A stretch of 64,000 bases of DNA, taken from an uncultured Chloroflexia bacterium (GTDB lineage Bacteria > Chloroflexota > Anaerolineae > Anaerolineales > UBA4823). The stretch spans positions 376,369-440,368 of the forward strand of contig CAWBUW010000002.1 of NCBI GenBank assembly GCA_963792075.1. Direction: 5' to 3'. The notes below the pieces were generated by a model that searched no databases, was not told the DNA's origin, and saw nothing but the letters and a program-made list of their open reading frames with translations. The position numbers were made by a program, and so were the translations under genes. Below are positions 9,259 to 19,177 of this stretch, one piece after another; position 1 is the stretch's first letter, and each line of letters opens with the position of its first letter.

Positions 9259-9816
9259 TCAGCCATTCAGCCCCAGCTCCGCAGCGATGGGGCGCATGGC
9301 CTGGATCACGTTCCCCACGTGCTCCCACAATTCAATCCCGAACTCTTCGGTCGCCTGGGTGATTTCTTCCCGGTTGGCGCCAGCAGCAAAGGCGCGGTCT
9401 TTCCATTTCTTTTTGACGGAGGAGGCTTCCAGGTCCTGCAGGGAACGGGAGGGGCGCACCAGGGCAACGGCAGTCACCAGACCCGTGATCTCGTCGCAAG
9501 CGTAGAGCGCTTTCTCCATGCGCGTCTCGCGGGAGATACCGCTGTGATCGGCATGACTGAGCACTGCCCGGATAATTTCTTCGGGCACGTGCCGGTCGCG
9601 GAAGATGGGTGCACCGGCCATGGGGTGTTCTGCCAGGGTGGGATGAATTTCCCAATCGAAGTCGTGCAACAGTCCCACGATGCCCCAGGTTTCGACGTCC
9701 TCGCCAAATTTCTGTGCGTAGAAGCGCATGGCGGCTTCGACTGCGAGCATGTGGCGCACGAGGTTCTCGTTCTTTACGTATTCTCTGACTAAGGTTAAAG
9801 CTTGGGATCTTTCCAT
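9259..9816 (-). CDS. HD/HDIG-domain phosphohydrolase
   Basis: H...GLLHDFDW...H...ACDE. Confidence 0.85.
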   Translation of the reverse strand: MERSQALTLVREYVKNENLVRHMLAVEAAMRFYAQKFGEDVETWGIVGLLHDFDWEIHPTLAEHPMAGAPIFRDRHVPEEIIRAVLSHADHSGISRETRMEKALYACDEITGLVTAVALVRPSRSLQDLEASSVKKKWKDRAFAAGANREEITQATEEFGIELWEHVGNVIQAMRPIAAELGLNG

Positions 9817-9823
9817 ATTATTG

Positions 9824-10498
9824 TTAATCCGTTTGATGGGGGAAAATAGGCTCGAACTTACCTAACACAGGTAGGGGTCGAGTGATATGCACGTTCAAAA
9901 AAGCGGTCAAGGTAGCCGGAAGTTCACGCAGGTTCCAGATGAGGAACGAAGCGCGATGATATACGCGCCGGTCGGCCGAAACCCCGATGGCATCCAGATT
10001 GAGCGCCTGGCAGGTGTACAACGCACGAGGCAGGTGAAAATCTTGGGTGACCAGGATCGCCTGCTGGACACCAAATATTGCCTTCGCCCGGTAACAGGTA
10101 TCGTAAGTGCGCCGGCCGGCGTAATCCAATACGATATCTTCGGCGGGTACTCCGAGCTGCAAGGCATAAGTGCGCATCGCAGCCGGTTCGTTGTAAGTGG
10201 CAATCCTATTATCTCCGCTCATGAGCAGTTTTTGTACCTTGCCGGCGAAATACAGTTCGGCAGCGGTGGCAACCCGGTCGCGCAAGACGGGTGTCGGGGA
10301 ACCGTCACGCCACAACCCCGCGCCAAACACAATGGCGACGGGCCTGGCGGGTGTATCGCTTACAGAATAAATCCGCCAGGAGACGCTCAGAGAAGTGATC
10401 AGGCGGGGTAGAAGCAGCGCCACCAGCCCAAGCGCGGCCAGGGTGGTTGTGATGCGGACGAGTGAGCGGGAAAATTTCCGGATCATCGCAGAGCTCAT
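9824..10498 (-). CDS. SanA/YdcF (DUF218) family membrane protein
   Basis: IVFGAG, MSGDN, DYAGRRTYDTC, VTQDFHLPRA, RE. Confidence 0.88.
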   Translation of the reverse strand: MSSAMIRKFSRSLVRITTTLAALGLVALLLPRLITSLSVSWRIYSVSDTPARPVAIVFGAGLWRDGSPTPVLRDRVATAAELYFAGKVQKLLMSGDNRIATYNEPAAMRTYALQLGVPAEDIVLDYAGRRTYDTCYRAKAIFGVQQAILVTQDFHLPRALYTCQALNLDAIGVSADRRVYHRASFLIWNLRELPATLTAFLNVHITRPLPVLGKFEPIFPHQTD

Positions 10499-11637
10499 GT
10501 CAGCCGCTTACGTACCTCGGCAGAGAGGAAATCCATCGCCCAGACGACGATCACAATCGCCCACACCGCGGTTCCGGCCCGGTTGTAATTAAAACCGTTG
10601 ATCTGCTCGCTGAGGTAATAGCCAATCCCGCCGCCGCCCACAAAGCCGATGATCGTCGAGATGCGCACGTTGATATCCCAGTGGTAGATGATGAATGAGA
10701 CGAAATCAGGCACGATCTGAGGGATCACCCCGTAGAGGATCGTTTGCAGGCGGTTGGCGCCCGTGGCTTGCAGCGCTTCGAGCGGACCCGTATCAATATT
10801 CTCGACCGCTTCGGAGAACAGCTTGCCCAGCGAGGCAACGGTTACCACGGTCAGCGCCAGGAATCCCGGGAAGGGGCCAAAGCTGAGCCAGAAACCGAAC
10901 ACGGTGGCCATAACCAGCGGATCGTAGGAGCGCAAAATGTTAAAGACCGAGCGGGAAATATAGTAAACCGTGCTCCCGATACAACCCCGCCGGGTGATGT
11001 TGCTGGCTGCCAGGAAGCTGAGGGGAGCGGCAATAATTGTAGCCACCGTCGTCGACAGCAGCGCCATAAAGATCGTGACCATGATGGCCTGGAATACATC
11101 TTTAAGGGCTTTGCTGGGTACCAGGCCGCCTACCGGAATGAAAGTCTCTGCCTGCAATTTGCTGGCGACATTTTCCACGGCTGCTGTGATTGGACGCGCT
11201 TCGATCTCGGAGAGGAAATGGCCCTCTGCGTCGGTTTGAACGCGGGTTATGTTTAACTCGGTATCGTTCGGGAATTTCCAGCGGATCAGGACTTCACTGT
11301 TGGGTGCGAGATCGTAGCCTTCCAGGTTGAACTTGGCGCGTTTCTCTGCGCAGGGAACACTGGAGACGAGGCGCGGGCCTGTGGAAACGACCTCCGCTTC
11401 CGGTGCTGCACCGCAAGGGACCGGGAAAGCTAACTCGATCACGGTGTTCTGGTACTCGTGCGTAAATAACTCCGGGGTCATAAACGAACGCACGATTTTT
11501 CCACCCTTGGGCAGGTCGCGTGCCAGGCGGAAAAGATCGAGCTCGGTGACTTTGTAGGAGTAACCAAAAGCCAGGATCAAGAAAGCGATGATCAGGATAT
11601 TGCGGATGACCGTAGATTTCGAAGGGCCGCTGTTCAT
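10495..11637 (-). CDS. phnE: Phosphonate-type ABC permease PhnE with extracytoplasmic insert
   Basis: EAA loop EALQATGA, WDINVRISTIIGFVGGGGIG. Confidence 0.85.
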   Translation of the reverse strand: MNSGPSKSTVIRNILIIAFLILAFGYSYKVTELDLFRLARDLPKGGKIVRSFMTPELFTHEYQNTVIELAFPVPCGAAPEAEVVSTGPRLVSSVPCAEKRAKFNLEGYDLAPNSEVLIRWKFPNDTELNITRVQTDAEGHFLSEIEARPITAAVENVASKLQAETFIPVGGLVPSKALKDVFQAIMVTIFMALLSTTVATIIAAPLSFLAASNITRRGCIGSTVYYISRSVFNILRSYDPLVMATVFGFWLSFGPFPGFLALTVVTVASLGKLFSEAVENIDTGPLEALQATGANRLQTILYGVIPQIVPDFVSFIIYHWDINVRISTIIGFVGGGGIGYYLSEQINGFNYNRAGTAVWAIVIVVWAMDFLSAEVRKRLT

Positions 11638-11638
11638 G

Positions 11639-13021
11639 CTACACCAGCCTCTCGCGAATCTTGGCGCTGACAAAGTCAAGCAGCATCACGGTGATGGCGA
11701 TGGTGATGAATACGGCGCTCACACCGCGGAAGTCGTTGATACGGATCAATTCGATCAGCAAGAAACCGATACCGCCTCCACCTACCAGGCCGATGATCAC
11801 GGCAGAGCGCACGTTGATATCCCAGCGATAGATTGTGAAGGAAGTGAATGGCGGGACGATTTGCGGGATCACCCCATAGCGCACCGTTTGCGTCCAGGTC
11901 GCCCCCGTGGAGCGGATCGCTTCGATGGGACCAGGGTCAATGCCTTCGATCACCTCGGAATACAGCTTTGCCAGGGCAGCAATGGAGTGTACAGCAAGCG
12001 CCAGGACGCCAGCAAAAGGTCCCAACCCCACAATGACCACAAAGATAATGGCGATGATCAATGATTCGATCGAGCGCAGGATGTTCAGCAATGTGCGCAC
12101 GATAAAATAGACCGCCAGGGTGATCGGATTCCCTTTCATGAGGTTGTGCGCAGCCAGGAAGCTGATCGGGATCGCGATCAGAGTCCCCAGCGCGGTCGCC
12201 ATAAGTGCCATGGCCACGGTCACTAACGCCCCTTTCAGGGTTTCACCTCCCACGAACGACAACTCGATGCCGCCAAGCGGGCGAGATTGTCGCAAGTAAA
12301 CGCGATGGGGGTCAGAGAGCGTGGGATCGGGTACGGCGATCAGGGCGGTCGTCGGAACCCGGAAGGTAGCGCTGACGACCCCCTCTGCGTTGCTGCGGAC
12401 GATCAACATACCATTTTCAGTGGGGTTGATCATTTTGTCCTGCCCATTGGGGTCTTCCCACCAGATTTCGGTATCAGAATCCGGCCACATTCCGGAGGCG
12501 GTGACCGTCACGGGTTCTTGGACCGCCGCGCAGTACGGATCGATAGCCACGGTCTTGCCGTCCAGCTCGTTTTTCCCGCTCAAGGTTTTCCCTGGCAGGC
12601 AAGGCACGAAAATTTCAACCCAGACCTGGTTGATTTCACGCCGTTCTTGGATGAAATCAGGCTTGAGCATGGGCCGCGCAATCGCAACCGCCCGGCTGAT
12701 GCTGGCTTTGCTGAAATCAATCTCAACAACTTCCCAGCCAATGCCGTAGGCCGCAATCAATCCGACCAACAAGGGGATCAAAACGGAGACCCCGCGTCCT
12801 TGGGCGGCTAGGCGGGCTGCATCGAAGGCACTCCAGATCCAGATGACCACCGGCGCGAAATACCAGACCGGGTTGCCATACCAGACGACGATCCCCAGTG
12901 TAACCAACCCACCCAGTAGGATTGAGACGCCTCGATAATACAGGCCGGTGTAGATTTGCCCCAGGCCAGGCACAAGCGCAGATAAAATCCCTGCCAGGAT
13001 CGGAGAACGTTTTGATTGCAT
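11639..13021 (-). CDS. phnE: Second PhnE-type ABC permease with extracytoplasmic insert
   Basis: EAIRSTGA, WDINVRSAVIIGLVGGGGIG. Confidence 0.85.
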   Translation of the reverse strand: MQSKRSPILAGILSALVPGLGQIYTGLYYRGVSILLGGLVTLGIVVWYGNPVWYFAPVVIWIWSAFDAARLAAQGRGVSVLIPLLVGLIAAYGIGWEVVEIDFSKASISRAVAIARPMLKPDFIQERREINQVWVEIFVPCLPGKTLSGKNELDGKTVAIDPYCAAVQEPVTVTASGMWPDSDTEIWWEDPNGQDKMINPTENGMLIVRSNAEGVVSATFRVPTTALIAVPDPTLSDPHRVYLRQSRPLGGIELSFVGGETLKGALVTVAMALMATALGTLIAIPISFLAAHNLMKGNPITLAVYFIVRTLLNILRSIESLIIAIIFVVIVGLGPFAGVLALAVHSIAALAKLYSEVIEGIDPGPIEAIRSTGATWTQTVRYGVIPQIVPPFTSFTIYRWDINVRSAVIIGLVGGGGIGFLLIELIRINDFRGVSAVFITIAITVMLLDFVSAKIRERLV

Positions 13022-13029
13022 AGCCAATC

Positions 13030-13809
13030 TCACGCAGCTCCGGTCTCATCGAAGGCAGTTGCACGTACTTCCTGGGCTTCTTCGCCGTAGATTTCTTTGA
13101 ATTTGAGGCGGTCGATTTCTTTGGGAGCGCCTTCGAATACTTTGATACCATCTTTCAGCGCGATGACCCGCGTGGCATAGCGATGGACCAGGTCCAAGAA
13201 GTGCAGGGAACACAAGACCGTGATGCCTTCTTTGTTCAATACTTCAAGATACTGCAAGATCGAATGGGACAGGACCGGGTCCAGGCTGGCAACGGGTTCA
13301 TCTGCCAGCATGATCTTGGGTTCTTGCATCAGGGCACGGGCAATGCCCACCCGCTGCTGCTGGCCGCCGGAGAGCGCATCGGCCCGGTTGTGCGCCTTGT
13401 CAGCAATGCCCACTCGTTCCAGGGCTTTCATGGCGCGTTGTTTATCCTCGTTTGACCAAATACCCACCAGGCTCGTCCAGGGATTCGCATATCCAAGCCG
13501 TCCCGAGAGCACGTTGGTCATGACACTGGAACGCTTCACCAGGTTAAACTGCTGGAAAACCATGCCAATGCTACGGCGAATTTTAAGCAGGTCGGCGGGG
13601 GAAGCGGCGGTGATATCCGTATCATTCCAATAGATTTTGCCTTCGGTTGGCTCGATCAGCCGGTTGATACAGCGCAGCAGGGTGGATTTCCCGGAACCGG
13701 ATAGGCCAATGATGACCAGGAACTCACCATCTTCGACCTCAAAGCTGACATTCTTCAAGGCTTGTGTGCCGGTTGGGTAGACTTTGGACAGGTTTTCGAC
13801 GCGTAACAT
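13030..13809 (-). CDS. phnC: Phosphonate ABC transporter ATP-binding protein
   Basis: [35 protein letters not shown] before ATG. Confidence 0.92.
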   Translation of the reverse strand: MLRVENLSKVYPTGTQALKNVSFEVEDGEFLVIIGLSGSGKSTLLRCINRLIEPTEGKIYWNDTDITAASPADLLKIRRSIGMVFQQFNLVKRSSVMTNVLSGRLGYANPWTSLVGIWSNEDKQRAMKALERVGIADKAHNRADALSGGQQQRVGIARALMQEPKIMLADEPVASLDPVLSHSILQYLEVLNKEGITVLCSLHFLDLVHRYATRVIALKDGIKVFEGAPKEIDRLKFKEIYGEEAQEVRATAFDETGAA

Positions 13810-13836
13810 AAAACTCCTTACGTTTTTGTAGCAAGT

Positions 13837-13955
13837 GGGGCTGTCCAAAAAGAAACAAAGGAAGAAAATTTATACGTACCTGTGGGGGTGGTGCGAAGCA
13901 CCACCCCCACAGGTACGTATATTTTCTCCTTGTTTTCATCTTTTTGGACAACCTC
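13837..13955. mobile_element. ~118-bp palindromic MITE-like element, copy 1
   Basis: Ends ggctgtccaaaaag / ctttttggacaacc. Near-identical copies at 46677 and 62436. Confidence 0.8.
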
Positions 13956-13976
13956 ACACTTACCACAAAACAAAAG

Positions 13977-14000
13977 GTGGGAGGGCTTTGGCCCTCCCAC
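13977..14000 (-). terminator. Stem-loop after phnD
   Basis: gtgggagggc-tttg-gccctcccac, with T-rich tail on the minus strand. Confidence 0.55.
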
Positions 14001-14018
14001 ACATTTCGTACTCCAGAT

Positions 14019-15113
14019 TTACTTGAAGCTGGTTACATCGTATCCAGCAGCCTGCAGATAGACACGGAATTCATCATAGAAGGTGTCATCCACAGCCGCC
14101 AGCCCACCGATATCATAGCCGCCATTCTTGAGCATGGCGCGGCCTTCTTCGGTTCCGGCCAGTTCGAGCAGAGCCTGGGCGATCTTGTCGCGCATTTCTG
14201 CAGGAACGTTCGAGGCAAACGAAACGTTGTCGTTCGGGATGATCGGGTCTGAGACGTAGATCACCTGGACCTTGTCATTCACATCCGGGAAGTCTTTCGC
14301 AATCGCAGTGCGGGCATCGATGTAGGTTGCGCCGAAGTCGCAAATTTCGCCGTTCGGGCTGAGGTAAATCGACTTGATGACGGTCGGATGACCTTGCACC
14401 CATGCGCCAGCTTTGACCTTCACCTCAGCTTTGCCCAGTACGCCAGCCGGGAGTACATACCCGGAAGCAGACAGAGGATCGGTCCAGCAGGGCTTCTTGC
14501 CAGCGAACTGAGCCAGGGCGGTTGCCGCGTCCGCAGTGCTCTTGCCGGTCGCAGGATCAAAGAAGGAAGTGAACATTGCAGCGCCTTCTGGGGTCTTGCG
14601 GTCCACGTTGGTCACATATTGGAAACCGTAGTGGTCAGAGCCAGAGCGCAGCACAACTAAACCAACGTCGGCGTAGCCTTTGGCTTTGGCGAGCATATAC
14701 GCCAGGGGCGGCAGCCAGCCGATGTGCGCATTGCCGGCGCCCATAGCTTCGACCATGGCGGCGTAGTTGGTCGGGACGTTGGACTTAATCGTCAGGCCGG
14801 TCATCTCGCTCAACTTGGCGGCGATCGCTTCACCACCGGTCTGGAGTTCCTGCGTGGTTGCAGAAGGGGCCAGGGCCATGATGAGCGGGTTATCAGCAGT
14901 GCCCAACTGCACAGGAACTGCGGTCGGTTCGGGGACCGCGGTCGGTTCCGGGGTGGGGGTTACTTCGACATTGACCTTAACCTCTTTGACGACCTCGACG
15001 GTCTTAACGACCTCGACGGTCTTGACAACCTCAACAGTCTGAGGCGCGCAGGCGGCCAGCAGCATAGATGCAGCCAGCAGCACTGCAAACAGGGTATAAA
15101 GGCGTTTGTGCAT
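14019..15113 (-). CDS. phnD: Phosphate/phosphonate ABC substrate-binding lipoprotein (PhnD family)
   Basis: Lipobox LAAC, VEVVKT repeats, TDPLSASGY, IPND. Confidence 0.85.
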   Translation of the reverse strand: MHKRLYTLFAVLLAASMLLAACAPQTVEVVKTVEVVKTVEVVKEVKVNVEVTPTPEPTAVPEPTAVPVQLGTADNPLIMALAPSATTQELQTGGEAIAAKLSEMTGLTIKSNVPTNYAAMVEAMGAGNAHIGWLPPLAYMLAKAKGYADVGLVVLRSGSDHYGFQYVTNVDRKTPEGAAMFTSFFDPATGKSTADAATALAQFAGKKPCWTDPLSASGYVLPAGVLGKAEVKVKAGAWVQGHPTVIKSIYLSPNGEICDFGATYIDARTAIAKDFPDVNDKVQVIYVSDPIIPNDNVSFASNVPAEMRDKIAQALLELAGTEEGRAMLKNGGYDIGGLAAVDDTFYDEFRVYLQAAGYDVTSFK

Positions 15114-15267
15114 TTTTTCTTCTCCTTTAGAATTTTGCGAAGGGTGAATGACCCCTTACAACCTCTAATCTTACTTGGATTTTCAGCGAAATGCAAGAGA
15201 CAAAAGCCGGTTAATTATGCGGTTTGCTCTTGCATGCTGTAAGTCAAACGGTTACAATCGCCACGCG

Positions 15268-16650
15268 ATGAATAACGAAATTGAACACACTTACCAAAAC
15301 ATGCTGGAATATCTCTACGGCTTTGTTGATTTCAGCATGCTGCACCAGAATCAAATCTCGCCAGACCAGTTTGACCTGAGCCGGATGCAGGATTTCGCGC
15401 GTTTGTTAGGCGATCCTTATCAGGCTTATCCGATCCTGCACGTTGCCGGGACCAAAGGGAAAGGCTCTGTCTCTGCTCTTTGTGCCAGCGCGCTGCAGGC
15501 AGCAGGTTACACCGTGGGGCTGTATACTTCCCCCCACCTGGATGATTATGCGGAACGTATCCAGGTGAACGGCGAACCCATTTCCCATCCGGACTTGATC
15601 CATTTGGTGGAAGAGATCAAGCCGCAGATCGAAAGCGTACAGCACCTCTCTACCTTTGAGATCACGACCGGCCTGGCATTCTTGTATTTCGCCCGGCGCG
15701 AAGTGGATGTAGCCGTGATCGAAGTTGGCCTGGGGGGGCGGCTGGACGCGACCAATATCTGTACGCCGCTTGTCTCCGTGATCACTTCGCTGTCTTACGA
15801 TCATACGCAGTTTTTGGGGAATACGCTGGCGGAGATTGCGGTGGAGAAGGCAGGGATTATCAAGCCGGGTAAACCCGTGGTGCTGGCTCCCCAGCAGCTT
15901 GAGGCCTACCTGGCAATCGAGCATATCGCTCAGGAGCGCTCGGCGCCGCTCTATCGCGTCGGGAAAGATTATTTGTATACCCCGCTGAAGCACTCCTTAG
16001 ACAACCAGTCTTTCGTTATCTGGCCGGCGATCGGTGGGGCGCAGCCCGAGGCAGCGTATACCGCGGACTTTGAGCAGGATCAGGAGCCGTTGAAACTGAC
16101 GATCCCCTTGCTGGGAGCCCATCAGGTAGAGAACGCGGCCACGGCCTACGTGGCCTTGCAGGTAGCCGCACAGGCCGGCCTGTCCATCTCCGATGATCAT
16201 ATCCTGGCCGGTTTTCGCCAGGCCGTCTGGCCTGGGCGTTTTGAAATCCTGCAGCGAGAGCCATTCGTGGTCCTGGACTCGGCTCACAACCGGGATTCGG
16301 CCTCGCGTCTGCGCCAGACCCTGGATGATTACCTGCCTGGCCGGCCGGTGACATTGATCTTTGGGGCTTCTGAAGATAAAGATATTTCAGGCATCCTGGC
16401 CGAATTGATGCCGCGCGTCCAGCGCGTGGTGGTGGTGAAATCATTCCATCCGCGCGCTGCAAATCCGGAATGGCTGGCAAACATGATCCGCGAGCACGGC
16501 CGTCCGGCGACCATCGTGCCAGATGTGGCAGATGCTTTGGTAGAGACGCTGCGTCAAGCAAATCCCGATGAAGTGATATTGGTAGCTGGTAGTATTTTTG
16601 TTGCTGCAGGGGCGCGCAGCGCCTGGCTGAAGCAGTTTGGAGTAAAGTGA
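15268..16650 (+). CDS. folC: Folylpolyglutamate/dihydrofolate synthase
   Basis: HVAGTKGKGS, YTSPHL, EVGLGGRLDATN, DSAHN. Confidence 0.95.
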   Translation: MNNEIEHTYQNMLEYLYGFVDFSMLHQNQISPDQFDLSRMQDFARLLGDPYQAYPILHVAGTKGKGSVSALCASALQAAGYTVGLYTSPHLDDYAERIQVNGEPISHPDLIHLVEEIKPQIESVQHLSTFEITTGLAFLYFARREVDVAVIEVGLGGRLDATNICTPLVSVITSLSYDHTQFLGNTLAEIAVEKAGIIKPGKPVVLAPQQLEAYLAIEHIAQERSAPLYRVGKDYLYTPLKHSLDNQSFVIWPAIGGAQPEAAYTADFEQDQEPLKLTIPLLGAHQVENAATAYVALQVAAQAGLSISDDHILAGFRQAVWPGRFEILQREPFVVLDSAHNRDSASRLRQTLDDYLPGRPVTLIFGASEDKDISGILAELMPRVQRVVVVKSFHPRAANPEWLANMIREHGRPATIVPDVADALVETLRQANPDEVILVAGSIFVAAGARSAWLKQFGVK

Positions 16651-16654
16651 AAGC

Positions 16655-19174
16655 ATGAAAATCAAGAACGAGCGTGATTGGTTTATGGATGACGAGGATG
16701 AAGATGCTTTCGGAGAAGCACTGCATCGTCGCACAGAAGAGTTATATCGCGTCCCAGATGCCACGCCGGATGAAGATGGGTTGATCACCTGTCCGGTTGT
16801 ACCGCTGCGGGACATGGTGGTATTTCCGCACATGGTTTCGCCGATTTTTGTGGGCCGAGAGTCGACCTTATTGGCGATTGAAGAAGCGCAGATGGCTGAC
16901 CAGACCGTCATCGCCCTGACCCAACGCGATGTCGAAATTGACAATCCTGAAATGAGTGATTTTTGGGGGATCGGCGTTGAGATGGCAGTCGGACGGCTGC
17001 TCAATATGCCGGACGGATCCAGTTCAGCGCTTGTGCAAGGTCGCCGCCGGGTAGAACTGGTCGAGATTGTGCAGAAAGATCCTTTCCTGGTAGCCAAAGT
17101 CCGGCCTGTGGACGAACATACGCTTGCAGACCGGGAAACGGAAGCCACCATGCGCACGGCGTTAGAGCTTTTTGAAAAGTGTGTTCAACTGAACCGCACG
17201 CTGCCTGAAGAGACTTACCTGTATGCTTTGAATATCGAAGAGCCGGGCTGGCTGGCGGACATGATCGTCACCGCCATTGCTCCGCCGCTTGAAAAGCGGC
17301 TGGAACTCCTGGAAACACTGGAATCGAACGAACGTTTGAATAAGGTGGTCAAGCTCCTGGCGCAAGAAGCCGATGTTCTGGAGCTCGAAGATGAGATTCA
17401 CAGCCGGGCGCAAGGCGAAGTCGATCGCACGCAGCGTGAATTTTACTTGCGCGAGCAGATGAAAGTGATCCAAACGGAGCTCGGAGAAGGGGATCCGTGG
17501 ACGCGCGAGCTGTATGAGCTGCGCACTCGGGTCGAGGGAGTTACCTTACCGGAAGAAGTGCAGGTACGGGCGCTGAAGGAAATTGATCGCCTGGCGCAAA
17601 TGCCGCCCATGGCCCCGGAAGTGGGCATTATCCGCACCTATATCGATTGGATCCTCGATCTCCCCTGGACGAATGCCACCGAGGATAACCTGGATGTCAA
17701 GCACGCCTCAGACATCCTGGAACAATATCATTACGGCCTGCCGCGCGCCAAAGAGCGCATCCTGGAGTATATTGCGGTGCGCAGCTTGAAGCCAAAACGC
17801 TTGCGCCAGCCCATCCTGTGTTTTGTGGGGCCTCCCGGCACAGGAAAAACCTCCTTGGGCCGCTCGATCGCGGAAGCCCTGGGACGGAAGTTCGTGCGCC
17901 TGTCCCTGGGTGGCGTCCGGGACGAGGCTGAAATCCGCGGTCACAGGCGGACTTATATTGGCGCCTTGCCAGGGCGGATCCTGCAAACGATGCGCCGTGC
18001 CGGGAGCATCAATCCGCTTTTCATGTTGGATGAAGTAGATAAGCTGGGCCAGGATTTCCGCGGCGATCCGGCCTCGGCGCTGTTGGAAGTGTTGGACCCG
18101 GAGCAGAACCATGCTTTTTCGGACCACTACCTGGAGCTGGCTTTTGATTTGTCGAAGGTGATGTTCATCACCACTGCAAACACGACCATGACCATTCCCC
18201 CCGCCTTGCTGGACCGGATGGAATTGATCGAATTCCCTGGGTATATCGAAGAAGAAAAGCTGGAGATTGCCCACCGCTTTTTGCTGCCGCGCCAGTTCGA
18301 GGAAGCCGGAATAGATGAAGAACAGGTGCACTTCCAGGTGGGGACCTTAAAACGCCTGATCCGTGAATATACTTATGAAGCCGGCGTGCGCAACCTGGAA
18401 CGTGAAATTGGCCGGGTTTGCCGCAAGCTGGCGCGCACCAAGGCGGAGCACAAGCCGTTTTCTCGCCGCATCACCCCGGCGGCTGTGGAAAAATTCTTGG
18501 GCCCGCCTCAGTTCTTTGACCAGGAAGCCGAGCAGCAGGATGAAGTCGGTGTGGCAACTGGGATTGCCTGGACCGAAAGCGGCGGCGAGATTATGCCGGT
18601 TGAAGTGCTGCTCCTGGATGGCAAGGGGAACCTGCAAATTACGGGCCAGGTTGGGAACGTCATGCAAGAATCTGCCCAGGCGGCGCTTTCTTACCTCAAG
18701 TCTCGGTCAGACCAGCTCGGGGTAAACCCTGAAGTGTACGAAAATATTGATGTCCATATCCACATCCCTGAGGGGGCAATCCCTAAGGATGGCCCCAGCG
18801 CCGGTATCACCATTTGCGCCGCTCTGGCTTCTGCCCTGACCGGACGCCCCGTGAAAAAAGAGTTGGGGATGACCGGAGAGATCACCCTGCGCGGCCGGGT
18901 GCTGCCGGTGGGAGGGGTGCGGGAGAAAGTGCTGGCAGCGTATCGCGCCGGCCTGAAAACCGTCCTGCTGCCGGTGCGGAACCAGAAGGATTTGGTGGAC
19001 GTACCCAAACGCGCCCGCAGTGAGCTGTTGATCATCCCCATCGAACACATGGATCAAGTGTTGGAACACGCCCTGGCGACAGAGCCTATCCAAAAGCCGG
19101 CCCCGGCCCGTAAGCGCCGGGCGCACAAAAGCGAACGGGCGGAACCCCCAGACGATCAAGAAGCGAAAGAATAA
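16655..19174 (+). CDS. lon: Lon protease (endopeptidase La)
   Basis: LON N-domain, GPPGTGKTS, PKDGPSAG catalytic Ser, GGVREK Lys. Confidence 0.97.
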   Translation: MKIKNERDWFMDDEDEDAFGEALHRRTEELYRVPDATPDEDGLITCPVVPLRDMVVFPHMVSPIFVGRESTLLAIEEAQMADQTVIALTQRDVEIDNPEMSDFWGIGVEMAVGRLLNMPDGSSSALVQGRRRVELVEIVQKDPFLVAKVRPVDEHTLADRETEATMRTALELFEKCVQLNRTLPEETYLYALNIEEPGWLADMIVTAIAPPLEKRLELLETLESNERLNKVVKLLAQEADVLELEDEIHSRAQGEVDRTQREFYLREQMKVIQTELGEGDPWTRELYELRTRVEGVTLPEEVQVRALKEIDRLAQMPPMAPEVGIIRTYIDWILDLPWTNATEDNLDVKHASDILEQYHYGLPRAKERILEYIAVRSLKPKRLRQPILCFVGPPGTGKTSLGRSIAEALGRKFVRLSLGGVRDEAEIRGHRRTYIGALPGRILQTMRRAGSINPLFMLDEVDKLGQDFRGDPASALLEVLDPEQNHAFSDHYLELAFDLSKVMFITTANTTMTIPPALLDRMELIEFPGYIEEEKLEIAHRFLLPRQFEEAGIDEEQVHFQVGTLKRLIREYTYEAGVRNLEREIGRVCRKLARTKAEHKPFSRRITPAAVEKFLGPPQFFDQEAEQQDEVGVATGIAWTESGGEIMPVEVLLLDGKGNLQITGQVGNVMQESAQAALSYLKSRSDQLGVNPEVYENIDVHIHIPEGAIPKDGPSAGITICAALASALTGRPVKKELGMTGEITLRGRVLPVGGVREKVLAAYRAGLKTVLLPVRNQKDLVDVPKRARSELLIIPIEHMDQVLEHALATEPIQKPAPARKRRAHKSERAEPPDDQEAKE

Positions 19175-19177
19175 GCT

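Noticed and set aside
14925-15035. Tandem DNA repeats in phnD
   Set aside because: These encode low-complexity VEVVKT and PEPTAV linkers common in such lipoproteins and are not an independent element
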